From assembly GCA_037968615.1 (NCBI GenBank), contig JBBKVX010000018.1, positions 8,543 through 72,542 on the forward strand: a stretch of 64,000 nucleotides of DNA, in the 5' to 3' direction. Made by a program: the position numbers and the translations under genes. The stretch comes from Rickettsiales bacterium. GTDB taxonomy: Bacteria > Pseudomonadota > Alphaproteobacteria > Rickettsiales > UBA3002. The notes under the pieces were generated by a model. It worked only from the letters and a program-made list of their open reading frames with translations, had not been told where the DNA came from and did no database searches. This document shows, one piece after another, positions 10,685 through 19,448 of this stretch (the first letter of the stretch is position 1; each line of letters starts with the position of its first letter).

Positions 10685-11449
10685 ATGGTCAAGACCGCCC
10701 TCATTAATGAACTCGAGCGCGATGGGCTCACCGTTGTGCCAGCGGTGCTCGATGCGACAGAAGTGGCTTTGTTGCGCACGGAACTGGAAAAAGCGATTGC
10801 GGAGGATGCCCGTGACCGACCCAACGTTTTTGATAGCGGTATGGTGCATAACTGTATGGTGCGCGGTCCGCGTATGGCGGCGTTGCTTGATCAGCCCCTC
10901 ATGCATGCGTACCTTGACGCCGCGTTCTCCGACACTTGCATTGTCTATGCGTACCAATCTTCGTCGCTTACTCCGTCGCAGGGTAATTACGGCAGCCGCG
11001 TACATGTCGATTCCCCGCGTTTCGTTCCGGACTATGCCACCAACATAGGCATTATTTTTGCACTTGATGATTTTACCGAGCGCAATGGCGGTACGCACTA
11101 CCTCAAAGGTTCGCACAAAAGCCCAGAGCTACCGGATTCGAAAAGTTTTTATGCCAACGCCTCACGTGCGTATTGCAAAGCAGGCGATATGATCCTGTTT
11201 CACGGACGGCTGGTGCATGCGGCCGGAGTAAACCACACCGAGCGCACGCGCCACGGTCTCACACTTAATATTTGTCGTTCCTACATGCGGCAACGTTTCG
11301 ATTTTCCGCGTCTTGTTCCGTTGGAAACGATACGCTCACTGGGCGAGAAAGGACGGCGGCTGTTAGGCATGAACGTGCGCATGCCGACGTCACTCGACGA
11401 ATTTTATCTGCCACCCGAGCAACGCCTCTATAAACCCAATCAAGGTTAG
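10685..11449 (+). CDS. phytanoyl-CoA dioxygenase (PhyH) family Fe(II)/2-oxoglutarate oxygenase
   Basis: ATG at 10685, 2 nt after the upstream stop; the ORF-track start at 10529 lies inside the previous gene. HxD facial-triad candidate (RVHVDSP) and a distal His (LVHAAGVNHT). Confidence 0.7.
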   Translation: MVKTALINELERDGLTVVPAVLDATEVALLRTELEKAIAEDARDRPNVFDSGMVHNCMVRGPRMAALLDQPLMHAYLDAAFSDTCIVYAYQSSSLTPSQGNYGSRVHVDSPRFVPDYATNIGIIFALDDFTERNGGTHYLKGSHKSPELPDSKSFYANASRAYCKAGDMILFHGRLVHAAGVNHTERTRHGLTLNICRSYMRQRFDFPRLVPLETIRSLGEKGRRLLGMNVRMPTSLDEFYLPPEQRLYKPNQG

Positions 11450-11453
11450 TTCT

Positions 11454-12122
11454 ATGAGCGCCATTCTTATTTTCGGCACTACCGGCCTTGCCCAATTGGC
11501 GCATCACTATCTTACCGAAACCCTGCAGCAACGCGTAATGGGCTTTGTGGTCGATGCTCAGTATCGCACCCAGCCTGAGTTGCTGGGTGTGCCTGTCCTC
11601 ACATGGGAAGAAGCAACGGAACAATACTCGCCTTCTACGCATACGCGCATGTTCGTTGCGGTCGGTTATCGGAACATGCGCCAGCGTGCCCGTATGTTTG
11701 AGCGCGTCCGTGCGGTGGGCTACGGGTTGCTTAACATTATCAGCCCCGCCAGCCACATCGCCCCCGGTGTGCGGATGGGCGAGAATAATTTTATTATGCC
11801 CGGTGCTGTAATCGAGCCATGGGTGGTGATGGGTGATAACAACGTGGTATGGTCGAATGCCACCCTGTGCCACCATGCGCGTATTGGTCACCATAATTTT
11901 ATCGCTGCCAACGCAACGCTTGGCGGGCACGCAACACTTGGCGATATAAATTTCATCGGGTTCGGGGCCACTGTGCAGCAACATGTTGCCATGGGCCAGG
12001 AAACACTGCTGGGGGCGCATTCTCTGCTGCGCGAAGCGACGGACGATCTCCAGTATTACTGGGGCACGCCCGCACGCGTGCAACGCGCCATCGATCCGGC
12101 CAAGGGCATCGAGCTGCCATAA
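11454..12122 (+). CDS. NeuD/PglD-type left-handed beta-helix sugar N-acyltransferase
   Basis: N-terminal Rossmann-like segment ILIFGTTGLAQLA. C-terminal hexapeptide repeats (IGHHNFIAANATLGGHATLGDINFIGFGATV). Confidence 0.75.
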   Translation: MSAILIFGTTGLAQLAHHYLTETLQQRVMGFVVDAQYRTQPELLGVPVLTWEEATEQYSPSTHTRMFVAVGYRNMRQRARMFERVRAVGYGLLNIISPASHIAPGVRMGENNFIMPGAVIEPWVVMGDNNVVWSNATLCHHARIGHHNFIAANATLGGHATLGDINFIGFGATVQQHVAMGQETLLGAHSLLREATDDLQYYWGTPARVQRAIDPAKGIELP

Positions 12123-12170
12123 GCGAACATACCAGTGGCGCCGCCAAGTTTTTTTGATTAGAGGAACAGC

Positions 12171-13052
12171 ATGAAAGCAATCTTACTCGCCGGTGGCGCA
12201 GGTTCGCGCCTTTATCCGCTGACGTTGGTGGCCAGCAAGCAATTGCAGGCCGTCTACGACAAGCCGATGATCTATTATCCGCTCACCGTGCTGATCGCGG
12301 GAGGCGTGCGCGAGTTCTGCCTCATCTCCACCCCGGCCGACCTGCCGCGTTACGAGCAACTGCTGGGCGATGGCAGCCAGTGGGGACTTCGCATCACTTA
12401 TCGCGAACAGGCGGAGCCCAAAGGCATCGCGCAGGCGCTCACCATCGCCGAGGATTTTATTGGCGACGACAACGTGACGTTGATGCTGGGCGATAACATT
12501 TTCTTCGGCAGCGATGCGATTCCGCGCGCGCTTTCATCGTTCGAGGGTGGGGCCACGGTGTTCGCCTACCATGTGCACGACCCCGAGCGCTACGGCGTGG
12601 TGGCGTTCGACGCGCAGGGCCGCGCGACGTCGCTGGAGGAAAAGCCAAAACAACCGAAAAGCAATTACGCCGTGCCCGGCATCTATGTGTACGACAAGCA
12701 CGCGGTCGCCATCGCCAAGGGCCTCACGCCCTCCGCACGTGGCGAGTTGGAGATTACCGACGTGAACCGCGCCTATCTCGATGCAGGCACGTTGCGCGTG
12801 CAACGTCTGAACCGCGGCTTCGCATGGCTCGATGCGGGCACCAGTTCTGCGCTGCAGGAAGCATCCGCCTATGTCGCGGTGGTCGAGAGCCGCCAGGGCC
12901 TCAAGATAGGCTGCCCAGAGGAGGCGGCCTTGCTGCGCGGCTTCCTGAATCTGGCGCAGTTCGAGGCGTTGCTGGCCACCATGCCTAACTGCGAATACCG
13001 CGACTATCTGCGCAGTGTCGCCGCTGAATACAAACGGACGCCCGGCGCATGA
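12171..13052 (+). CDS. rfbA: glucose-1-phosphate thymidylyltransferase
   Basis: MKAILLAGGAGSRLYPLT nucleotide-binding motif with full-length RmlA-like sequence. GAGGAA ribosome-binding site upstream. Confidence 0.9.
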   Translation: MKAILLAGGAGSRLYPLTLVASKQLQAVYDKPMIYYPLTVLIAGGVREFCLISTPADLPRYEQLLGDGSQWGLRITYREQAEPKGIAQALTIAEDFIGDDNVTLMLGDNIFFGSDAIPRALSSFEGGATVFAYHVHDPERYGVVAFDAQGRATSLEEKPKQPKSNYAVPGIYVYDKHAVAIAKGLTPSARGELEITDVNRAYLDAGTLRVQRLNRGFAWLDAGTSSALQEASAYVAVVESRQGLKIGCPEEAALLRGFLNLAQFEALLATMPNCEYRDYLRSVAAEYKRTPGA

Positions 13053-14170
13053 TCCCGTTCAATAGACCGCATATGACCGGCAACGAGCTGCGCTACATCG
13101 CTGAAGTGCAGCAGCGCGGGCAACTGGCGGGCGATGGCCCCTTCACCAAACGCTGCCAGCAATGGATCGAGGAGCAAAGCGGCACCCCGCGCGCGCTGCT
13201 CACCCATTCCTGCACGGCCGCGTTGGAAATGGCGGCGCTGATGCTGGACATCCAGCCGGGTGACGAAATCATTATGCCCTCCTACACGTTCGTTTCCACC
13301 GCCAATGCGTTCGTGCTGCGCGGCGGTGTGCCGGTGTTCGTCGATATCCGTGCCGACACGCTGAACCTTGACGAGACACTCATCGAGGCGGCCATCACCC
13401 CGCGCACGCGCGCCATTGTTCCGGTGCATTATGCGGGCGTCGCCTGCGAGATGGACCGCATCATGGAGATCGCTGCGAAGCACAAACTCGCCGTGGTGGA
13501 GGACGCTGCGCAAGGCATGATGGCGCAGTATAAAGGCCGCACCCTCGGCGCGATCGGCGATTTCGGCTGTTACAGTTTCCACGAGACCAAGAACCTGATT
13601 TCGGGCGAAGGTGGCGCACTGCTGGTGAACGATATGTCGGGCGTCGTGCGGGCCGAGACCATCCGCGAAAAAGGCACCGACCGCAGCCGCTTCCTGCGCG
13701 GCGAGGTGGATAAATACACGTGGCAGGATGTGGGTTCGTCGTTCCTACCGGGCGAGTTGATCGCGGCGTTCCTCTGGGCGCAATTAGAGGACGCCACGCG
13801 CATCACCACCGAACGATTGGCGCTGTGGGATCGTTACCATGCGCTCTGCGCGCCGCTGGAAGAGGCGGGTCTGCTTCGCCGCCCGATCATCCCGGCGGAT
13901 TGCACGCACAACGCGCATATGTATTACGTGCTGCTGGCACCCGAGCTGGACCGCCAACATCTGCTCAGCCAGTTCCGCGCCGCGAAGATGCATCCGGTGT
14001 TCCATTACGTGCCGTTGCACAGTGCGCCTGCCGGGCGCCGTTTTGGACGCACCAGCGGCGCCATGACGCAAACGGACACGCTGTCGGAACGCGTGGTGCG
14101 CTTGCCCATGTGGCTGGGTCTGAGCGTCGACGAACAGCAGCGCATCGTGGGTATGATTAAAAAGAGTTAG
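13049..14170 (+). CDS. wecE: dTDP-4-amino-4,6-dideoxyhexose (WecE/DegT-type) aminotransferase
   Basis: ATGA overlap with rfbA. The N-terminus MIPFNRPHMTGNELRYI..., IMPSYTFVSTANAFVLRG and the PLP-lysine motif SFHETKN closely resemble E. coli WecE as I recall it. Confidence 0.9.
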   Translation: MIPFNRPHMTGNELRYIAEVQQRGQLAGDGPFTKRCQQWIEEQSGTPRALLTHSCTAALEMAALMLDIQPGDEIIMPSYTFVSTANAFVLRGGVPVFVDIRADTLNLDETLIEAAITPRTRAIVPVHYAGVACEMDRIMEIAAKHKLAVVEDAAQGMMAQYKGRTLGAIGDFGCYSFHETKNLISGEGGALLVNDMSGVVRAETIREKGTDRSRFLRGEVDKYTWQDVGSSFLPGELIAAFLWAQLEDATRITTERLALWDRYHALCAPLEEAGLLRRPIIPADCTHNAHMYYVLLAPELDRQHLLSQFRAAKMHPVFHYVPLHSAPAGRRFGRTSGAMTQTDTLSERVVRLPMWLGLSVDEQQRIVGMIKKS

Positions 14171-14171
14171 G

Positions 14172-14798
14172 CTAGCGCAGCGTGGCCAGCAAGGCGCTGA
14201 TCTCTTCGCGACGTCCGGCATCGGCTTCTTCGAGGCCAGTACGTACCGGCACGGTCAACGCTTTTTCCAACATGGCGCGCGCTTCGGCGTCCTTGTCGTG
14301 CTCCGCCAGGAACTCGGCGTAGATGTACATGACGTCGATGTTGTTGGGGCCAAGCGCCATCGATTTTTTGAAATTCTCACGCGCCTTGCCGTTGTCGCCG
14401 AAGCTGATCGGCCAGCCGGGGACTTTGCCATACAGCCCGCCGAGCAAGGCGTGCGCGTAACCATTATTCACGCTGGGTGGCGTGGCGGGGATGGCGGCAT
14501 CGAGCAGGTTTTTCGCGCCGCGCACATCGTCGAGCGCGCTGGTGCCGCCAATGAGTTTCGCGCGCGTGGCCAGTACCACTGCTTCCCAGACCTTGGCTTC
14601 GGCATCGCCGGTTTGTGCGGTGACGGCTTTGGCCTCAACCGCTAGGGCATTCAGTTTCTTTTCCTGCTCGGACTTGCTGGCGGTGTGGTACTTCGCATCG
14701 ATCCAGGAGGCCTTGATGTCGTTAAGCGTCGCCGCCTGAGCGCCCGAAGCGAACGCGATGAGCCCGAGGGCGAGAAGAGGGCGTAGGAAACGGTGCAT
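14172..14798 (-). CDS. secreted hypothetical protein, TPR-like helical repeats
   Basis: 208-aa ORF with signal peptide MHRFLRPLLALGLIAFASGAQA|A. Helical, Ala/Lys-rich. No specific family recognised. Confidence 0.5.
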   Translation of the reverse strand: MHRFLRPLLALGLIAFASGAQAATLNDIKASWIDAKYHTASKSEQEKKLNALAVEAKAVTAQTGDAEAKVWEAVVLATRAKLIGGTSALDDVRGAKNLLDAAIPATPPSVNNGYAHALLGGLYGKVPGWPISFGDNGKARENFKKSMALGPNNIDVMYIYAEFLAEHDKDAEARAMLEKALTVPVRTGLEEADAGRREEISALLATLR

Positions 14799-14865
14799 GG
14801 GTGTTCTCCGTGTACGGGTTTCTAAGGCGCGTCATCACTATACGCCCTCTGCATTAAAAAGCGAG

Positions 14866-14883
14866 GCACTGACAGTGCAGTGC
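14866..14883 (-). terminator. candidate rho-independent terminator after the glycine-zipper gene
   Basis: GCACTG/CAGTGC stem. On the minus strand it is followed by a T-run, seen as the plus-strand A-run at 14856-14860. Confidence 0.4.
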
Positions 14884-14886
14884 AAC

Positions 14887-15243
14887 CTAGCGGCAGGTCA
14901 CGTTGCGCGTGGGCAGGTATTGGTTGCCCAGCACTGCGCCGCCGACGGCACCACCCACTGTGGCGACGGTGCGGCCCGAGCCGCCACCGAATTGATTGCC
15001 AATAACGCCACCAGCCAAACCACCGCCAATGGTGCCGACGATGTTCTTATCGTCGCAAGGCGGTTGGGCGGGTTGGGGTTGCGCGGCCGCCACGTTCGTA
15101 GTGTGGGTGGTGGTACGCGCTTGTTGCGGTTGCTCGGCTTGCTGCGAATTGCGGGTGGCGTACGACGATGCGGCGGCCACACCGGCCAGCAGCACGAATG
15201 CGCCAACGCCTGCGAAGATCATATTTTTGGTGCTTGGTTTCAT
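14887..15243 (-). CDS. glycine-zipper 2TM / 17-kDa-antigen-like small envelope protein
   Basis: 118-aa ORF with an N-terminal hydrophobic anchor and a Gln/Pro-rich linker. C-terminal glycine zipper GTIGGGLAGGVIGNQFGGGSGRTVATVGGAVGGAVLGN. Confidence 0.65.
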   Translation of the reverse strand: MKPSTKNMIFAGVGAFVLLAGVAAASSYATRNSQQAEQPQQARTTTHTTNVAAAQPQPAQPPCDDKNIVGTIGGGLAGGVIGNQFGGGSGRTVATVGGAVGGAVLGNQYLPTRNVTCR

Positions 15244-15396
15244 GGGGAACTCCTGAAGAATGAACCCTCACTTTAGAGCGTGCATTATCAAGAGTACGGC
15301 TGTGGCGCGCGGCAAGTTATAAGCGGATGCTAAAGGGATGTCGCGTGGGCGACTGTGTGTTCCTCGGCTCCGACCCATGGTCGAACGGAGAAATTT

Positions 15397-15470
15397 TGGC
15401 TGGGGCGCCAGGATTCGAACCTGGGATGTCGGTACCAAAAACCGATGCCTTACCACTTGGCGACGCCCCA
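15397..15470 (-). tRNA. tRNA-Gln (anticodon UUG)
   Basis: The reverse complement reads TGGGGCG-TC-GCCAAGTGGTAAGGCA-TCGGT-TTTTGGT-ACCGA-CATC-CCAGG-TTCGAAT-CCTGG-CGCCCCA-G-CCA. It folds as a cloverleaf with encoded CCA, close to E. coli tRNA-Gln. Confidence 0.9.
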
Positions 15471-15525
15471 GCATAGGCAGGGAAGGTGGTTCGTGTAGCA
15501 AAGCGCGCCCGAGCGGTCAATCGGA

Positions 15526-15861
15526 TTACGTGATGCTGTCGGACGGAAGCACTGTCGCCGCCACCCAAGCGAGGTAATCCGGGGCTCCGGCGCGGACGGG
15601 CAACTGCAAAATTGCGGGGTTTTCGTAGGGATGTTCGCGGATAATGGCCTCCATGGCGCTGGCGGCGAGGGCTTCGGTGGTTTTTACCAGCATCGCCACT
15701 TCCGGGCCTTCCTGCACCGCGCCTTCCCACCAATAAACGGCATGCATGCCTGGCAACAGGTTGCAGCAGGCGGCGAGATGCGCATCGACCAGCAGGCGCG
15801 CGATGCGTTTGGCGGTGCTGTCGTCGGGGAAGGTGGCGTAGAGGAGGCACACGCCGCCCAT
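15526..15861 (-). CDS. cutA: divalent-cation tolerance protein CutA
   Basis: 111-aa ORF with CutA1-like sequence (AACCNLLPGMHAVYWWEG...HPYENPAIL). Confidence 0.85.
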   Translation of the reverse strand: MGGVCLLYATFPDDSTAKRIARLLVDAHLAACCNLLPGMHAVYWWEGAVQEGPEVAMLVKTTEALAASAMEAIIREHPYENPAILQLPVRAGAPDYLAWVAATVLPSDSIT

Positions 15862-15862
15862 G

Positions 15863-17335
15863 TTACGCCTGCTCGGTCATTTTGGTGATGATGCCGGTGG
15901 TGCTGTAGCCTTGCTTCAGCGGGATCAGCTCGATGCGGCCGCCATAGGCTTCCACCTGCTGCCAGCCAACCACTTGTTCCTTGGTGTAGTCGGCGCCCTT
16001 CAACAGCACGTCGGGCTCCAACGTTTCGATGAGGCGCATGGGCGTGTCGTCGTCGAACAGTACCACCGCGGCGACCATGGAAAGCGCGGCCAGCACGTTG
16101 GCGCGGTCGAGCTCGGAATTCACCGGGCGGGTGGGGCCTTTCAGCGCGCGCACGGAATCGTCGGTGTTGAGGCCGACGATGAGGCGATCGCAACGGCTGG
16201 CGGCATCCACCATCAGGCTGATATGGCCCGCATGCATGATGTCGAAACAGCCGTTGGTGAAGCCAACGGACAGGCCTTCGCGTTTCCAGTTTTCGACCAC
16301 CGCCCTAGCATGCGCCAACGGCAGGATTTTCTTTTGCAACGCCACCGCACGATGGGTGTAGAGCGCACTGGTGATGTCGGTGCGGTAGACGGTGGCGGTG
16401 CCGAGGCGGCCCACCACCACACCAGCGGCAAGGTTTGCCAGCTCCACGGCTTCTTTCATGGTGGCACCCGCGGCGTAGCTTAGGGCGAGAGTGGCGATGA
16501 CAGTATCGCCCGCGCCCGATACGTCGAACACTTCGTGCGCTTCGGCATCCACATGCACCAGCATGCCTTCGGCATCGACCAGCGTCATGCCTTTGTCGCC
16601 GCGCGTGGCCAGCACATAGGCGAAGTGATGCGTGGTGCAGAGGGTCTGCGCGGAGGCGACGAGCGCTTCGTCGGCGCTGAACCCATCGACGCCGATGGCG
16701 GCGGCCAGTTCTTTGGCGTTGGGGCTAAGCACCGTGGCGCCATGATAGACCGACACATCGCGGCGTTTGGGATCGACGAACACCGGCACGTTCGCTGCGC
16801 GCGCGGCGGCGATGATGGCTTGGCACACGGCAGGCGTTAGCGTGCCTTTGCCGTAATCCGACAAAATGATGGCTTGCTGGGCGGGAATTTCTTCCAGCAC
16901 CGCGTCGAGCAGCTTGGCCGCAGTTTCGTCGCGGATGTCGTGCTTGCTCTCATGGTCGGAGCGCAGCAATTGCTGGCTGCCCGCCACGTAGCGCGTTTTC
17001 TTCGAGCTGATGCGCCCGCGTTCGGGAATCAAATAGGGCAGCAGATTCTTCTCGGAACCCACCAGCGCCGTCAATTGGTTGCCCACCGAATCGTCGCCAA
17101 TCACCGAAACGAACGTGGCATGCGCGCCGAGCGACAGCAGGTTGCGCACCACGTTGCCCGCGCCGCCGAGCATTTTCGCTTCGCTGTGCTGCGTGAATAC
17201 GGGAATGGGCGCTTCCGGCGAAATGCGGTCCACTGTACCGTACATGAACCGATCAAGCATGATGTCGCCCACGACCAGCACCTTCGCGCCGTCGAAACGG
17301 TCGAGATGGCGCAACAGGTCTTGGGGAGTGCTCAT
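15863..17335 (-). CDS. hldE: bifunctional D-beta-D-heptose 7-phosphate kinase / heptose 1-phosphate adenylyltransferase
   Basis: Start moved to the ATG at 17335 (MSTPQDLLRHLDRFDGAKVLVVGDIMLDRF). Ribokinase-like motif DVSGAGDTV and cytidylyltransferase motif GFTNGCFDIMHAGH. Confidence 0.9.
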   Translation of the reverse strand: MSTPQDLLRHLDRFDGAKVLVVGDIMLDRFMYGTVDRISPEAPIPVFTQHSEAKMLGGAGNVVRNLLSLGAHATFVSVIGDDSVGNQLTALVGSEKNLLPYLIPERGRISSKKTRYVAGSQQLLRSDHESKHDIRDETAAKLLDAVLEEIPAQQAIILSDYGKGTLTPAVCQAIIAAARAANVPVFVDPKRRDVSVYHGATVLSPNAKELAAAIGVDGFSADEALVASAQTLCTTHHFAYVLATRGDKGMTLVDAEGMLVHVDAEAHEVFDVSGAGDTVIATLALSYAAGATMKEAVELANLAAGVVVGRLGTATVYRTDITSALYTHRAVALQKKILPLAHARAVVENWKREGLSVGFTNGCFDIMHAGHISLMVDAASRCDRLIVGLNTDDSVRALKGPTRPVNSELDRANVLAALSMVAAVVLFDDDTPMRLIETLEPDVLLKGADYTKEQVVGWQQVEAYGGRIELIPLKQGYSTTGIITKMTEQA

Positions 17336-17352
17336 TTTGTTTCTCCATTTCA

Positions 17353-17413
17353 CGCCCGACCGGGCGTGCGCGAAGCGGCAGGGTAGCGAAGCGAAGGGGG
17401 GCAAGCCCCCTTC
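17353..17413. repeat. intergenic repeat family 1, copy A (partial/divergent)
   Basis: Shares GCGAAGCGGCAGGGT and GGGGGGCAAGCCCCC with copies B-D. Contains an 11-nt insert (AGCGAAGCGAA) where copy B has TT. Lies between the hldE start and the upstream gene stop. Confidence 0.7.
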
Positions 17414-17422
17414 AAACAAAAA

Positions 17423-17995
17423 TTACGCGGCGTCGGTGTCGCTGTCGTCCTGGACGACGGGCGTGGCATTTGCTGGGCGGAATTTCTCGGCCACTTTATC
17501 GAGGCTGGTCTGCATGCACAGGCCCAGCAGCACCGGATCCTTCGGCTTGATGTTGGCGATGTTCCAGTGCGAACGCTCGCGGATCGAGTCGATGGTTTTC
17601 TTGGTGGTGCCGATCAGTTTCACGATTTGGCTGTCGGGGATGTAGGGGTGGTTCTTGATGATGAACGCGATGGCCTCGGGCTTATCCTGACGGCGGGCGA
17701 TGGGGGTGTAACGCGCGCCTTTTTTCGCTTTGTTCATTTTCAAATGCTGCATGGCTTTTTCCGACATGACGAGGCGGTAATCGGCGTCTTTTTCGCCTTT
17801 CTCGATCTCTTCTTTCGTCAGTTCCTGCGTCGCCATCGGGTCTTGGCCGATGATGCCGGTGGCCACTTCGCCATCGGCGATGCCTTGAATTTCGAGCGGG
17901 TGCATGCCGCAGAAATCGCCAACCTGTTCAAAGGTGAGCGTGGAGTTGTCCAGCAGCCAGACGGCGGTAGCTTTCGGCATGAGCGGCGTTGCCAT
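17423..17995 (-). CDS. DUF1013-family protein (annotated in some databases as cell-cycle transcriptional regulator TrcR)
   Basis: 190-aa ORF. MPKATAVWLLDNSTLTFEQVGDFCGMHPLEIQGIADGEVA and RYTPIARRQDKPEAI resemble the alphaproteobacterial DUF1013 family. Confidence 0.7.
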   Translation of the reverse strand: MATPLMPKATAVWLLDNSTLTFEQVGDFCGMHPLEIQGIADGEVATGIIGQDPMATQELTKEEIEKGEKDADYRLVMSEKAMQHLKMNKAKKGARYTPIARRQDKPEAIAFIIKNHPYIPDSQIVKLIGTTKKTIDSIRERSHWNIANIKPKDPVLLGLCMQTSLDKVAEKFRPANATPVVQDDSDTDAA

Positions 17996-18026
17996 GAGAT
18001 CCTCGTATTCTTGTGGTGGTGCGGCC

Positions 18027-19010
18027 TTATTCGGCGCGTTCGGTGGCCACTTCTAATAGAATCTTGCCGATATGCAAGCGTTCTTGCATGCGCGCATGCG
18101 CTTTTTCGGCCTGTTCCAAGGGGAAAACGGCGTCGGTGAAGGGTTGGATGGCGCCCGCCGAAACATGGGGCCAGATGAATTTATGCACCCCCGCCACGAT
18201 CTGGGCTTTGTCCTCCGCCGACCGGCTGCGCAGGGTGGCGCCCGAAATCCGCAGATGCTTCATCAGGATGCGCGACAGTTTCACCGATTCGGCCATCGGC
18301 CCTTCCATCAGCGCAAGGCTGACGAGGCGGCCGCCTTTGCGCAGCAAGCCGAGATGGGTTTCGAGCTGGGGGCCGCCCAGCGTGTCGATGATGACATCGA
18401 CGCCTTCGTTCTTGGTGAGTTTTTTTACTGTGTCGGCGAACGGGCCTTTTTGCGTGTTCACCGCATGCACGCCCAGCTTCTCGAGCACCGCGCATTTGGC
18501 CCCGGAACCGGCGGTGGCGTACACCTCGGCCCCCCAAATTTTGGCGATCTGGGCCATGATGATGCCGACGCCCGAAGTGCCGCCATGCAGCAAAACGCGC
18601 TCGCCGGATTTCAGCTCGGCTTCCAGAATCAGTGCCATGTAGGCAGTGGCCACCGCCTCGGGCAGCGAGGCCGCTTTCTTAAGCCCCAGTCGCGCCGGAA
18701 CCGAAAGCAGCTGCTCGGCAGGCACGGCGACGTATTCAGCATAGCCGCCGCCAGAGAGCAGCGCGCAGACTTCCTCGCCTTCGCTCCAGCCAACCACGCC
18801 TTCGCCCAGCCCGGCGATGGTGCCCGACACTTCCAGCCCCGGCAGCGGCGATGCGCCTTCGGGCGCGGGATAAAGCCCCTGCACTTGCATAAGGTCGGCA
18901 CGGTTAACGCCCACGAACGCAACTTTTAGCAGCACCTCGCCGGGGGTAGGGGCAGGGCGCGGCGCTTGGCCATACACCATCGTCTTGCCGGCAATGGACA
19001 CGGCGTTCAT
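18027..19010 (-). CDS. NAD(P)H:quinone oxidoreductase, zinc-independent MDR family
   Basis: GVNRADLMQVQGLYPAP and the cofactor motif LLHGGTSGVGI. Start taken at the ATG at 19010; the alternative is 19055. Confidence 0.85.
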   Translation of the reverse strand: MNAVSIAGKTMVYGQAPRPAPTPGEVLLKVAFVGVNRADLMQVQGLYPAPEGASPLPGLEVSGTIAGLGEGVVGWSEGEEVCALLSGGGYAEYVAVPAEQLLSVPARLGLKKAASLPEAVATAYMALILEAELKSGERVLLHGGTSGVGIIMAQIAKIWGAEVYATAGSGAKCAVLEKLGVHAVNTQKGPFADTVKKLTKNEGVDVIIDTLGGPQLETHLGLLRKGGRLVSLALMEGPMAESVKLSRILMKHLRISGATLRSRSAEDKAQIVAGVHKFIWPHVSAGAIQPFTDAVFPLEQAEKAHARMQERLHIGKILLEVATERAE

Positions 19011-19196
19011 GCGTGGCGCCTCAGAGGCGACGGATTTTTTTGAGCGTGGTAGCATGGGCCGTGATTCGCCCTATTCGCGTGCGATGTCAAGTTGGGGGTG
19101 CTCTTTTTAGGTTTCTTCCCCAACCCATTTCGCCATTGCGAGGAGCGAAGCGACGTGGCAAGCCAGAAGCAACGCTCGCAACGACGGAGTACGATC

Positions 19197-19388
19197 ATGA
19201 TGATGGAAGACGACGACCAGCCGCTGAAACATAAAGTGCCGCAAACCTTCCCGCGCAAGCTGGAGGGATTATCCGTCGCCGCGATGGAAGAATATCTCGG
19301 GGAACTGGAAGTGGAACGCCAACGCGTGAAACTCGAAATCGGCCAACGCGGCAGCCTGAAGAACGCGGCGGCATCGCTGTTCAAATAG
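19197..19388 (+). CDS. DUF1192-family small protein
   Basis: 63-aa ORF from the ATG at 19197, preceded by ACGGAG. LEGLSVAAMEEYLGELEVERQRVKLEI matches the DUF1192 coiled-coil pattern. Confidence 0.6.
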   Translation: MMMEDDDQPLKHKVPQTFPRKLEGLSVAAMEEYLGELEVERQRVKLEIGQRGSLKNAAASLFK

Positions 19389-19399
19389 GATCAAAGCAA

Positions 19400-19426
19400 A
19401 ACGGCCCGCCCAGAGGGCGGGCCGTT
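19400..19426. terminator. bidirectional rho-independent terminator
   Basis: Perfect 12-nt arms AACGGCCCGCCC / GGGCGGGCCGTT around a 3-nt AGA loop. Sits between convergent DUF1192 (+) and rpmE (-). Confidence 0.7.
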
Positions 19427-19448
19427 GCATTTCGTGAGTCGGAAGAAA

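Noticed and set aside
4941-15470. Possibility that the glycan locus is a genomic island integrated at tRNA-Gln. The 3' end of the tRNA faces the locus, and part of the locus is AT-richer.
   Set aside because: No integrase, transposase or phage gene is present. I could not find a direct repeat of the tRNA 3' end near 4.9 kb or elsewhere in the window. The composition shift covers only 8.2-11.5 kb.
19125-19185. The sequence CGCCATTGCGAGGAGCGAAGCGACGTGGCAAGCC...GCTCGCAACG, whose spurious translation reads HCEERSDVAS. It resembles a palindromic element seen in other proteobacterial genomes and contains a 7-bp inverted repeat (TTGCGAG/CTCGCAA).
   Set aside because: There is only one copy in this window, so repeat status cannot be shown here. 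The stem is short and the loop long.
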